Assembly: GCA_951406725.2 (NCBI GenBank)
Contig: OX597826.1
Span: 38,936,001-39,000,000 of the forward strand
DNA from: Octopus vulgaris
Lineage: Eukaryota
DNA: 64,000 nucleotides
Direction of reading: 5' to 3'
In this document: piece after piece, positions 1 to 12,131 of the stretch
How the letters are laid out: every line of letters starts with the position of its first letter
Numbering within the stretch: the stretch's first letter is position 1
Made by a program: the position numbers and the translations under genes
Notes under the pieces: generated by a model
Database searches by the model: none
What the model saw: only the letters and a program-made list of their open reading frames with translations
What the model was told of the DNA's origin: nothing

Positions 1-104
1 CGAGAAACCCAAGGTAACCCCATAAACTGTCCTACCGGACTATAATAGTGTCTGCTCCACATCTTAGAGTGTGCTTCTCCTCCAGATTTATGTATTTCTA
101 CAAA

Positions 105-106
<2 letters not shown>

Positions 107-198
<92 letters not shown>
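107..198. repeat. (CT)n followed by (TA)n microsatellite
   Basis: Directly visible dinucleotide runs. Confidence 0.95.
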
Positions 199-202
<4 letters not shown>

Positions 203-420
203 CTTCTGAGCAAGGACTAAAGAAGATTATTCTAAAGCCAATATACCGATTATCCACATTTAAACCGCGTGCTACATAAAATTGAACTGAAAATCGGGCA
301 ACTAACCGTTGGAACGTTTAAGTTTCGTTATCTCAATATTTAATCAATTTCGGAATTAACCACACAAGGATTCGATCTTCATCAGTTGAGCGTACGAGGG
401 GATATAAGTAAGGTACTCAC

Positions 421-540
421 ATGCGTCCATGGAAACAGCCGAAGCGGATAACACAAATACATTTAAGTAACTCAATTATATCTAAAAATAAAAATTCCTA
501 GGTCAGTCTCAGGACAACATGACTTCTCGCCGCTACATAT
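421..540 (-). other. Putative first exon of an unidentified minus-strand gene (ATG GAC GCA T|GTGAGT)
   Basis: Minus strand reads ...GTTTCC ATG GAC GCA T followed by a consensus donor GTGAGT (420-415), in a CpG-enriched, repeat-poor stretch. The 5' boundary is a guess and no homology is recognisable. Confidence 0.3.
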
Positions 541-2357
541 TGTAGTGGTTACAAGTCTCTTGTAGCAGGCGGTAATGAGTTTACTACTATTAAAAAGGAT
601 GAAGCTTTTTTCTCTACAGAAAAAAATTCCATCAAGAAGTGTGGCAGTATATTAAAGAACCATTACGGTATATATTTTATATAAATTTGAGTTATTTCCC
701 TTGGTACGTGTAAGCATTCTGAGCAAAAACGATTGTTGCACTTCGAAAGTTTTCATGACGTGAATGGTTGCGCAGATCAGCAGAGGATGAAATTGACCTC
801 AGTATTTAGATTCTTTATTACATCGACTTCTACGGGATGAAAGGCAGCAATTTGAATTCAGGCTATTTGACCCAAATACCACAAAGTATTTTGTCCGACT
901 GAATGAGTACCCAACGTAGAGACAATATTATACGGATATGTATGCATAAGTTGCTTAAATATTCAAATTTTACTGTAGAAAGTTGGTCTAATTTATACTA
1001 CATCAACTATTTAGAGTCATATACTAAATCTTTGAATATTCCTGAACGTCTTCACTTGTCTGTTTACAGACTGTGTTTGACGAGTATATAGTAAATGATA
1101 TTTTTCTTAGCTTGAAAATTTCGTCAATATTGATACTGTATAGAGCGAAAGAAAGTTATTGCCATTGCGGATAATCTATCAAGCGCTTATTGTCATAAAA
1201 AAATTAATAGATGCTGAACTCTGAATTTAAAATGAAATATCAGCTATTTATTGCAATCAGTGAGAGTTATTGTATAAGCCGTAGTCCTAAATTGGTCTCA
1301 GTAAACGGATTCCAATATCTGCTGAGTGTTCGCAAAGGGAGTATTCAATTTTCATTTCATTGTTTAGTTCCAGGTCAGACCTGATCGAGCAGAAATATGG
1401 ATGTTTGTTATTCCTCCACTTGCACCAGTCATTTCCTCCCTCTCTCTTTATGCCTCGTTTTCCACATGAAACGGAAAATAAGGCTGGAGAAGAAATGCCT
1501 GTCGCAAAGTGTGTTTCGTAAAAGATGGAAGTCTATAGCAAGTATGTTGCGAGTGAAAGAACCTGTTTAATCGAGAATGTAAAAAAGGAGAAAGCAAAGT
1601 CTTCAGTGTGCGTATGTGGTTTGTGGGGTCGACCGTGTCCTCCGCTTCATTTTTTGTTAATCACTCATTCTCATTTAATTGTATATATTTTAATTGTTTG
1701 TTTATTCATACGTTTCGTCTCATTCGATACCCTGACCCCAACGTTTGTTTTGTCTGTCCCCTTTTTTTCTCAACCTTATGGTGAATAAAGAAATACTCTC
1801 TTTATGCCTCTCTTTGACTGACTCTCTCTATTTATATCTCTGCAGTAGCGTCTTACTTTACTTCTCTCTCCCTGTTAATAATATCATCCTTCATTTCTCT
1901 CTCTCTCTTTCTTCCTTTCTTTCCTTCTTTGTTTCTTTCCCATTGTTATTAGCTCTCTCTATTATCAGCAATTTGCTCTTAATCTCTCTCTTTTTTCCTG
2001 ATTGTCATAAGCTTGAGTCATCTATCATCCTCACTTGTCATATGGACGGTTCCTTACAATGAATCTATCTTCTCTCCAGACTTAGCTTCTGTAATATTTA
2101 TTAACTGTTTCTTTATCTCTTTACATACTTTTGCTTACCTGAAAAATCTATCTTCTCTCTACGACATTTATGAATTGTCTTTTCTAATCCAAATTCTCTG
2201 ACAATTCTGTCCCTCTCGGTCACTCTGCTCTAACGAAGAACTTTCTCACAGCAATTTATTAAACCCTTCATTAAGTTTAATTAAGAAATATTTCTTTTCC
2301 CTAATCCCAAACATTTCTGTTGCATTTTCTTTACTAGTTTCAGTTGGATAGTTATAA

Positions 2358-2408
<51 letters not shown>

Positions 2409-2959
2409 CATCATGTATGTGCATGCACATTCTCACTCACTCTCTCTCTCTATCTATCTATCCTTCTCTTGATGTTGATTCCTTGTATAGTTAAATGAAA
2501 TTGATGTATTATAAATGCTGAGTCTTAAATACTTAAATACTATGAGGTAAGCCCAAGGCAAATAGAGATCATAGCATGATCCTAATTCCTGACTAAAATG
2601 ATCTTCCTTGCTAAGGAGGCAAACTCTTTTGGGAAAGGCTTAAGCATTTTCGATTTCTTCTTCACCTAGAAATATGCCACAAGATTTTTTTAAAAATCAA
2701 TTAAAAACCAAGTTTATTTGATATAAATGGTTATCTTTGGTGACTGCATACAACATTATGCAGGTAGCGTTGCCAACATAAATTCATAATTCTATGCTAA
2801 ATTTCAGGGGAAAAAATATGCTACATAAGAAAAAAAATGTTAAAGTCCAATTATGTTATAAAAAATGACTTTTTATTACATTCAGCATTGAGAAATATTT
2901 TCTTCAAACATACACAGCCTTTATGGCTATGCCCCCCACCACTCCCTCTCTCAGCCAAG

Positions 2960-3402
2960 AAGCCCTTGTCTTGTGAGTTTGCAGGTATTGTTGTCATGTA
3001 AATAGCACCTATTTCAGTGCCATGTAAAAAGCACCTGTGCTGGTGCCATGTCCAAAGCACCCATGCCAGTGCCACATAATAAGTACCTATGCTGGTGTCA
3101 CATAAAGGGTATCCATGCTGGTGCCATGTAGAATGTAGCTGTGTCAGTGCAACATACGAAAGCACCCCTGCCGGTTCCACATAAGGAGCACCTGTGCTGG
3201 TGTCACTTATAGAGCACCCATGCTGGTGTCATATAAAAAACCCTCAGTATACTATGTAAAGGGGTTGGCATTAGGAAGAGTATCCTTCTGTAGAAACCAG
3301 GCCAAACTGACAATTGGAGCCTGGTGCAACTCTCTGGTTGGCCAGCTCCTGTCAAACCATCCAACCCATGCCAGCATGGAAAACTGATATTAAATGATGA
3401 TG
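2960..3402 (+). mobile_element. RTE-LINE 3' UTR / RTE-tailed SINE with ~26-bp internal tandem units
   Basis: About 9 units resembling AGCACCYRTGCTGGTGCCACATAAA, then the TTGGCATTAGGAAG...CCAACCCATGCCAGCATGGAAA...ATGATGATG tail shared with RTE 3' ends elsewhere in the window. Confidence 0.7.
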
Positions 3403-3531
3403 AATTTCACTGATTTGTTCACTTTCAGCTGCAATCTCTGGGTCTTGACTTTTGTATACATTCAAGGTCCCAATCTTGTTAAATAATGGTTGTGGAACGT
3501 CAAAATTTCTTTGATTAAAACTCTTTCTAAC

Positions 3532-4631
3532 ATAGAAGTATCCAAAGAGTATTTGAGACAGATAATGCTTTATGAGTACAAAAAGGGAAACTCTGCAGCC
3601 AAAGCGACTCAAAATATACACTTAGTTTATGGGAAAGAATGCTTGAATGAAAGAACTTGCAGAAGATGGTTTGCAAAATTCAGAAGTGGAGATTTCAGCC
3701 TTGAAGATGAAGATCAAACAGGACGTCCAGGTGAGTTTGATGATAAGCTCCTTGAGGCATTACTTGAAGAAAATCCTGCATTATCAGTTGAAGAATTGGT
3801 AATAAAGCTTAGTTCAAACCATACAACTTTTCATCATCATCTTCAACAACTTGGAAAGGTTAAACTTGGAAAATGAGTTCCTCATGAATTGTCTGAAAGC
3901 AACTGCAAATCCCAAGTTGATGCCTGCTCTTCTCTCCATTCTCACAATCTCATTTCACCCTTTTTGGATAGACTTGTGACTGGTGACAAAAAATGAATCT
4001 TCTATCAAAATGTTAAACGTCGTAAACAGTGGCTTGGTAAAAGGGAAAAGGCTCAACCACAACTGAGAAGGGAACTTCATAGGAAAAAGGTTCTTCTCTC
4101 TATCTGGTGGGATTGTAAAGGAGTAATTCACTTTGAATTGTTACCACCTAATACAATAATCAATGCTCAAGTCTACTGTCAGCAGTTAGAGCATTTGAAC
4201 CAAGCTTTGATTAAAAAAAGACCCGCTTTAGTGAATCGAAAAGGAGTGATGTTTCATCAGGACAATGCGTGACCCCGCACTGCAAAGATCACATCACAGA
4301 GGATCGAAGAGCTTGGTTGGGAAAAAATTCCTCATCCACCTTATTCTCCCGACCTTGCTCCTTCAGACTACCATGTTTCGTAGATTACAGAATCATTTGG
4401 GGGACATAACTTTCGCAAGCCAGGAGGAGGTCGAAACTGACATTTCAGAGTTCTTCGCTTTGAAACCAAAAGAGTTTTACATTGATAGGATTTAAAAGCT
4501 TGTAAATAGATGGAAGGAAGTCATAGATAATCAGGGAAAGTACATTGATGATTCAATTTCAATTACAGATAACATTTGATCACTTGTTTTCTTTATTCAA
4601 AATTCGGACAGAACTTATGGGATGACTTGAT
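3532..4631 (+). mobile_element. Decayed mariner (DD34D) DNA transposon
   Basis: Interrupted translation shows HTH (CRRWFAKFRSGDFSLED), (W)VPHEL, VTGDKK, HQDNA and HPPYSPDLAPSDY motifs, with stops and a frameshift. A 3' TIR-like CGGACAGAACTTATGGGATGACTTGA-TA lies at about 4605-4632. No 5' TIR found. Confidence 0.92.
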
Positions 4632-6489
4632 AATTATAATGGGAAAAGGAGATACTCTACAAGTATCATAAACCATAAATGAATGTAAATAAACTAATTT
4701 AGTAAATAATTTCTCTTACTTCATTTTCTTCAACCTATTAATGATTTCTTCAACTATGAAACAGTTATTATAGCAGTGAAAAAGAGCGAGCTTTATTTAT
4801 CTTCAACATACATGTACGTTTCAGCGTCTTGGCGGTGTATAATTCATCACGGCGTTTACGCAGTCTGAGTTAAGATTTATGTATGGCGATAATACTTATA
4901 ATTAAGTTATAAGTGACGGGTTTATTACCATAGATTTCTACTCAATAAACATCTATATTTATTTATTCCAAGTCGAAAGCATATAAATAAGGTAATCTTA
5001 GTCCGTTATAAAAGTGGTAAAATTACTGCTTAATGAAAACTACATAAAACACCCGTATAGAAGTGGTAATTTACCGTTATAGATGTTAGTCTTAATGTCC
5101 TTAAGTTATCTCCCCCTCGTTCACATAGCACTAAATTTTGTTATTTCTCCAACTAAAGGCAAAATTTTAATCACCATATTTCCCGGCATCAAAGACGCTA
5201 TTTTTTCCCCCACAAAAGTAAGTCTCGAAAATCTACCATGCATCCTGGAGGCCGAAGGTTGTGTAGCCGTAACGGAAATGTCTAGCAGAACCTGTCACTG
5301 TTTTGTGGTTCTCCGGAAGCCAGGGGATTCAACACCAGTGACCTCCCTTCGCAAACATTCTGGAATGTTCCAAGCATAGCAGATTTACGTCCCTTTTAGT
5401 AATGCCACTATGGCATAAAACGTTCTAGTAGGGTTTTAGTTGTTAGGCGGAGCCAACAGGAATTCAGCCAATATATGGGACAGAGAAATCTGTTTTTCCT
5501 CTCTTCTTCACTGAATTTCAACTTGAACTAATCGTCGTTGTGGAGAACAGCTAAGTTTATCCACACGTGGCTTAAGCCAAAGAAATTACTTCCTGCAGCA
5601 ACCGTGTGTGACAGGCCTTTTAGACTACATGACATATGTACGAATCAATACTACATTACTAGCGAACTAATTGTGGTACTAAATTCTTCCTTACATTTTC
5701 TATCCCATTCCCTTCCACGCAAAGCATGACAAGGCTACACTGTATGTAACTTTTCACATTCATGCACAGCTTCACATAAAGCATATTGGGAAATACTTCC
5801 GCCCGTCCCCTCCCATCTACTCTCAAATTTGTTTATTAAATTTTTTTTTTTTTTTTTTTCCATAAACCCCCGTTTTCGGATACGGAGGTTCCAGAAATTT
5901 GCCATAAATAGGCATTGTTAAATTTCCCCCCTTCTCCCCCAAATTCTTCAATTTTGACTTTTTTTCCCCAACACTAACCCTAACCCTAACCGTAACTACA
6001 GAAATGTTTTGAAGTTTTTGTCCGAATCATAAATTCCGTATTTTTCCGCATATTTAGGGGAAAAAAAAATTTACAAAAATTTTTGGAAATTTTTTTTCAG
6101 AATCAGAATCTCCGTATTTTTCCGCATATTTCGAAAAAAAAAGGAAGGAAGTGGGGGTTGTAATTTAAAAATGCTGATTTTTACCAATTTTTTTTTGCAG
6201 ATTCGTATTCCCTGTAGCCAAAAAGTGGGGTTTGTGTTGAAAAAGAAAGAAAAACATTTTTTTTAAGAGTATTTTTTTTGGGGTGGGGGCGGGCAGAAAT
6301 CTTTCTAGTCTTGCCACATAGAAAAGACTTCTTGGTAAACTTGTATCTGTTCTTAATTATATTAAATTATTTGTGAAGTTTAAGAATGGCTCTTTCATTA
6401 TTTCTAACCTTGCATCTGCATTAACATTTAGTACAAAGAAAATTACTAGTGTGATGACTACACAATGCTACTTAAGTTGCATTTTTCAT

Positions 6490-7860
6490 GGGTAACTAGG
6501 ACAAACCATGGGCCCCACATGTGATATGTGGAAGCTGTCGATCTACTCTAGAAGGATGGTTAAGAGGTACAGGAAGGTCAATGCCTTTTGCCATTCCAAG
6601 GGTATGGAGAGAGCCAAAGAATCATCACGATGACTGTTACTTTTGTATGATCGATGTGACAAAGTACAGAAAAGTGAAAGGAAGACAAGCTCTTCAGTAT
6701 CCAGACATACCATCATCTAGAGCACCTGTCCCACATGATGACAGTTTATGAGTATCACTACCACAAGAAAATATTTCATCTGAAGAGTCAACAAGTAGCA
6801 GCAGCCAAGAAATGGAGGAAGCTTTCATACCAAGAACGACTTCAGAGCCTCACATTCCAATTCAGAGTGAGCTAGATGATTTAATCAGGGATCTGGGTCT
6901 TACTAAGTCAGGAGCTGAACTTCTTTCATCAAGGTTGAAGGAATGGAATCTACTGGGGGAAGACTGAAAGACATCTCTCTACTGGAAATGCCATGAAGAA
7001 TTTGAAATTTACTATGAAAATATTAATGGTCTGTGTTAGTGTAAAGATGTGATTGGTTTGTTTACTGCTACTGGACTCAAGCATGATTCTGCAGAATGGT
7101 GACTGTTCATAGATAGCTCAACACGAAGTCTCAAAGCAGTGTTGCTCCACAATGGAAATAAATATCCTTTGCCTCTTGCACGCTCCAATATCAAAGAACT
7201 CGAAAAAATAAATTACGCTGAGCTCAAGTGGGATGTTTGTGGTGATTTCAAGATTCTTGCCTTCTTGCTTGGCTTGCAAGGGGGATACACAAAGTATTCA
7301 TGTGTCCTTTGCTTATGGGACAGCAGAGTTGATGATCATCACTACAAGAGAGTACATTGGCCCCCCCATGAGTGGAACTGCAGCCAGGAATGTTAAATGT
7401 TCTCAAACAGCCACTAGTAGATTCCAACAAAATCTTATTACCCCCACTTCATATCAAACTCGGATTAGTAAAACAGTTTGTGAAGGCCTTAGATTTTAGA
7501 GAAGTTTTTTAAGAAATTTCTCTTATGTTTCCAAAGCTATCTGAGGCTAAGATCAAGGGTGGCATATTTGTTGGGCCCCAAGTAGCAAAGCTTATTGAAA
7601 ACTTCAAGAAAATGGGTTGTCGTATGTCCTTAAAGGTTCATTTTTTGCACTCTCACCTAGATTTTTCCCTGAAAACTTGGGTGATGTCAGTGAGGAGCAT
7701 GGTGAAAGATTTCAGCAGGACATTGCAACTATGGAAAGAAGATACCAGGGACGATGAGATACTGCTTTGATGGGAGATTATATATGGTCTCTAGTCAGAA
7801 GAGATGAAGGTATACACTCCAGAAAATCTCGATCGTCAAAGCACTTCTCATCTCAAGAAA
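6490..7860 (+). mobile_element. Decayed Chapaev3-type (CMC/Transib-related) transposase
   Basis: Fragments read DKPWAPHVICGSC...WREPKNHHDDCYFC (Chapa-type zinc motif), FIDSS, CGDFK...GYTKYSCVLCLWDSR, LHIKLGLVKQFVKAL, SEAKIKGGIFVGPQ and HFLHSHLD...DVSEEHGERFQQDI, with many stops and frameshifts. Family assignment is from motif recall. Confidence 0.75.
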
Positions 7861-8618
7861 AGAGTTATCAAGGCATTTACAGTGCAGAGTTTTATTGTTT
7901 CTTTTTGTTCTAACTAATATTATACTTCCTACATACCATTCAATATGTGAAAATGTACTAAATGTGTAATTATCCTTACAATCCTAGAATAGATTGAACC
8001 AACAAAGTACTGTAGAGAAAAGTTACAAATATAACGAGCAAATATGAAATTAGGAATAAATAAATAACTATCAATGTTACGTCAAAATGAATGTGATTTT
8101 TTAATTTAGTGGCAAAAAATGCATATATGAACATTAAAAAATACAAATAAACAAAACATGTTACATTGTGTAATCTGTGTCAATTGTTCCAGAGACAAGA
8201 AGAGAGAGAGTGATAGATGGTGGAAGGAGAGAGACATAAAGAGAAAGAAACATAGAGAAAAGAGAGGGAAAGTAGACAGATAGAGATACAGAAAGCGAGA
8301 GAGAGAGACAAAGAGAAATAGAGAGAGACAGAAAGAGAGGATACTCATGGTATTAAATAACTGAAACATGAATATATATACATGTGTGTACATGTTCTAT
8401 TTTTTTTGTTTCGGTATTTTGACAAAGAAATGTAATGTTTAATGTGTGTGTGTGTTCTTTTAGTGAGAGAAAGAAAGAGAGGGAAAATAGACAGATAGAG
8501 AAAAAAGAAAATCATAGAAAGATGGCATCTAGTTTTAGTTTCACTTTGTGGGCCAAACAGACAGAATTTCTCTTTTATATATATATATATATATATAGAA
8601 TATATATATATATATATA

Positions 8619-9251
8619 TTTCAACAATTGAGGGTAAAATTAATTAATTATTAATCAATTTCACCAAGTGTTCAGTATGCAAAGGGACCATTTAAGGCGA
8701 ATTCAAATTATTACATTATATAAAAGGGCCTAGTAAAATAAATTACTTTGCCGCATACTGAACTCATTAGAAATAGCAGCTAAAAAACTTTTTTAAAGCT
8801 ATTTCTAATACTTAAAGAAAATCTCTCTCATATAGTGTTTGCTTAACTCAACTCACAAAAGTTTGGGGGTAAGGACATCAAAAAATCAAATGCAAAGGTT
8901 ATTTGAGAACGTACGTTTCAAGATTAGTCAATACGACACTTCTATCATCAGCTCAGAAACTCCTTGGTTTGGATTTGAAAACACTGAAAGTAAGAACATA
9001 CCCTTTCGGCTTCTCATCGCTTTCGAAGATCTGCTCGTAACTAACAGTGCCAACAAACTCAAATATGCAAGCGAAGAATTTCTGTTCTCCCCTTTCCACC
9101 AGCGTGGGTTAAAATCATCAAACACTATGCTTATTTCGGTAAAATCCGAAGCATTAATTAGAGGGAGATTAATTATAATTTCAACAATTGAGGGTAAAAT
9201 TAATTAATTATTAATCAATTTCACCAAGTGTTCAGTATGCAAAGGGACCAT

Positions 9252-9252
<1 letters not shown>
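8619..9252 (-). mobile_element. Penelope-like pseudo-LTR remnant with ~74-bp terminal direct repeat, inserted in (TA)n
   Basis: 8619-8692 is repeated at 9179-9252. There is an internal hammerhead-like motif and (TA)n on both flanks. Confidence 0.65.
8904..8955 (-). ncRNA. Minimal type I hammerhead ribozyme-like motif
   Basis: Minus strand: TGAG CTGATGA [imperfect stem II] GAAAC GTAC GT T CTCA. Stem III is palindromic (AACGTACGTT). The first stem II pair is U-U. Confidence 0.6.
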
Positions 9253-9293
<41 letters not shown>

Positions 9294-9465
9294 CACTGGA
9301 TTACCTTGTGTATCTATATTTAATCTAAGGTGTACCTGTTGAAGAAGGCTTCGCCTAGCAAATTATTTTATTTGCTAAAAAACATCTAAAATCATTGGTC
9401 CAGGAGTTAGATGGTAAATGTTTTGTATTTTGTGCTTAAATGTAATGTACACTCTATTTATATGC

Positions 9466-9547
<82 letters not shown>

Positions 9548-9935
9548 ACGCACTTATACTCTCTCATACACACACACACACACTTATACATACTAATACG
9601 TACTAATACATACTAATACATACACCAACCCCATACATACGCACGTCCAGACCTATCCTACGCACTAATACTCTCTCATACACACACACCCTTATACATA
9701 CTAATACATACTAATACATACACCAACCCTATACATACACACGTCCAGACCTCTCCTACGCCTTAATAGCTGGTCATTCAACCCTATTATCAACCCTATT
9801 ATCTCCCCTTATTTCGCTCTCGCATCTCATGTTTGATCTTTGACCTCTGACCGAAATCAGATCGCCATGTTGATTCGTTAGTTACTGCACGCATTTTTTT
9901 CTCTCCTTCTTTCTGTGTTTTTTTCTCTCTGTGTA

Positions 9936-9973
9936 TCTTTCTGTTGAAGAGCGTAGGCTCGAAACGTAAAAGA
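9936..9973 (+). ncRNA. Hammerhead-like motif with variant core (CUGUUGA plus extra A)
   Basis: TCTTT CTGTTGA A GAGC GTAG GCTC GAAAC GTA AAAGA. Stems I and II are perfect. A related decayed copy lies at 17103-17140 on the minus strand. Confidence 0.5.
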
Positions 9974-10081
9974 CTTGTTTTATTTATATTTCCTGAGTGC
10001 CATACTAATACAATTGTTTGTTTGTTTTCCACCTGCTTTCGTCTTTTGTCTATTTTCATAAAGCTTCCCGTTATATATATG

Positions 10082-10142
<61 letters not shown>

Positions 10143-10143
10143 G

Positions 10144-10175
<32 letters not shown>

Positions 10176-10324
10176 TTAGAAGAAATGAGGTACTCAGAAA
10201 TTCGGATGGTTTTATATTTACAGATATTTATTTGTATATTACATGATTTTATACATCATATAACTTATATCATATATCATATATTAGCGCTTGCATCCAT
10301 TCTGGTGGAGTTTTCAAATTGAAC

Positions 10325-10368
<44 letters not shown>

Positions 10369-10479
10369 TTACTTGGAAATGGATGTATTGTGTTCAGTTA
10401 AATAATAATATAAATGATATATATGTGTATGTATGAGAACTAAACATGACAGTGACCCTCCATGTTAGTTTTTGTTCAG

Positions 10480-10907
10480 TTTCCACTGTCATATTTTTGT
10501 TCCCGACTTTGACCCTCCATAAATCCAAAATTTTATTTTGGTATTTATGGAAGCAACTGTCTTCGAATGCTTATATTGTCGTTGAATGCTCGAAATGAGG
10601 AGTAGACAAACAACCGACAACTGATGAAGGGTCATTCTCCATGTTACTTGTCCTGTTTTCCATTTTTTCTCTTGTTGTTTGCATATTTAACTCGTTTTTG
10701 TAGTTCATGTTTTTACACAACTGGTGACATCATGTACCCATATATGCATATATATATATATATATTATTATTATTATTATTATTATTATTTAATTGAATG
10801 CTGCATTCATTTCCAAGTAAGTTTATCTTAACCTTTTTGATATAACTCTATGCTTCTCTAATTCCCTTCTTCTCTCCATCACCATTTTCTACCTGTCTGT
10901 CTGTCTG

Positions 10908-10959
<52 letters not shown>

Positions 10960-11443
10960 CCTCTCTCTTTTTATCTCATTGCTCATACTTGACCATTGTC
11001 CATCTTTTTCTTCCTCACATGACCATCTCTCTTTTCCTGCAGGACATTCTAAGGACCGGTCTGTCTATTTCTCTTTTCTATTTTTACTCTTTTCAAAGAA
11101 AATATTCCTCCTAGCATTCACTATTTTCTTCTCATTCTGGTCTAACGACTCTCTATGTTTGTTTTCGTTCAGTTGCCTTGTATGTTTCCACTGTCATGTT
11201 TGTGTTCCCGACTTTGACCCTCCATAAATCCAAAATTTTACTTTGGTATTTATAGGAGCAACTGTCTTTGAAAACTCATGTTGTTGAATGCCCAAAATGA
11301 GGAGTAGATAGACAGCCAATAACTGATGAAGGGTTGTTCTCCATGTTACTTGTCCTGTTTTCCATTTTTTCTCTTCTTGTTTAACTCATTTGTTTCCATA
11401 CTTCATGTCGTTTACACAGTTGGTGATGTCCTGTACCCATATA
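10480..11443 (+). repeat. Diverged ~260-bp direct repeat pair (about 10480-10742 and 11184-11443), pseudo-LTR-like
   Basis: Shared TTCCCGACTTTGACCCTCCATAAATCCAAAATTTTA...CTGATGAAGGG...TGTACCCATAT. Each copy ends in a (TA)-rich microsatellite. Confidence 0.8.
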
Positions 11444-11449
11444 TTCATG

Positions 11450-11497
11450 TGTGTGTTTGTGTGTGTGTGTACATGTATATATATGTATGAATATGTA

Positions 11498-11542
<45 letters not shown>

Positions 11543-11615
11543 GTATATATATGTATATATATATATGTATATATATATATATGTATATACATATATATGT
11601 ATATGTATATATATA

Positions 11616-11656
<41 letters not shown>

Positions 11657-11700
11657 GTATATATATGTATATATATATACATATATATGTATATGTATAT

Positions 11701-11749
<49 letters not shown>

Positions 11750-11840
11750 CATATATATGTATATGTATATATATATGTATATATATATACATATATATGT
11801 ATATGTATATATACAGTATGTATATGTACATACATATATA
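11450..11840. repeat. Complex (TA)n/(TG)n microsatellite
   Basis: Directly visible. It is the source of the spurious Y/I-rich ORFs. Confidence 0.95.
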
Positions 11841-12131
11841 GGTAGATAGATGTGTGTGTATGTCTTTGTGTCTATGTTTATCCCCTACCACCACTTGACA
11901 ACTGAAGTTAGTGCATTTACGTCTCTGTAACTTAGTGGTTCGGCAAAAGTGACCCATTGAATAAATACTAGACTTTAAAAAGATAAAGAAGTACTGGGGT
12001 TGATTTGTTCGATAAAAAACTCTTCAAGGCAGTAACCCAGCATGGTCAGGCACCTTGGGCAAGGTTGACCCAAGCCTTGTGAGTGGATTTGGTAGATGGA
12101 AACTGAAAGAAGCCTGTCGTGTATATATATA

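Noticed and set aside
3490-4555. Domesticated SETMAR-like gene
   Set aside because: Multiple stops, a frameshift, a probably lost start codon and no SET exon. It is an ordinary dead mariner.
5139-5695. Possible solo LTR with GC/CCAAT boxes ending TTACA
   Set aside because: No convincing matching 5' terminus or TSD could be fixed.
5738-7884. CACTGTA...TACAGTG as Chapaev TIRs
   Set aside because: Only a 7-bp match and the flanks give no TSD, so it could be chance.
11381-11957. Long ORFs rich in Y/I/C/V/H/T (also near 9.4, 15.7, 39 and 40 kb)
   Set aside because: They are translations of (TA)n, (TG)n and (CA)n microsatellites.
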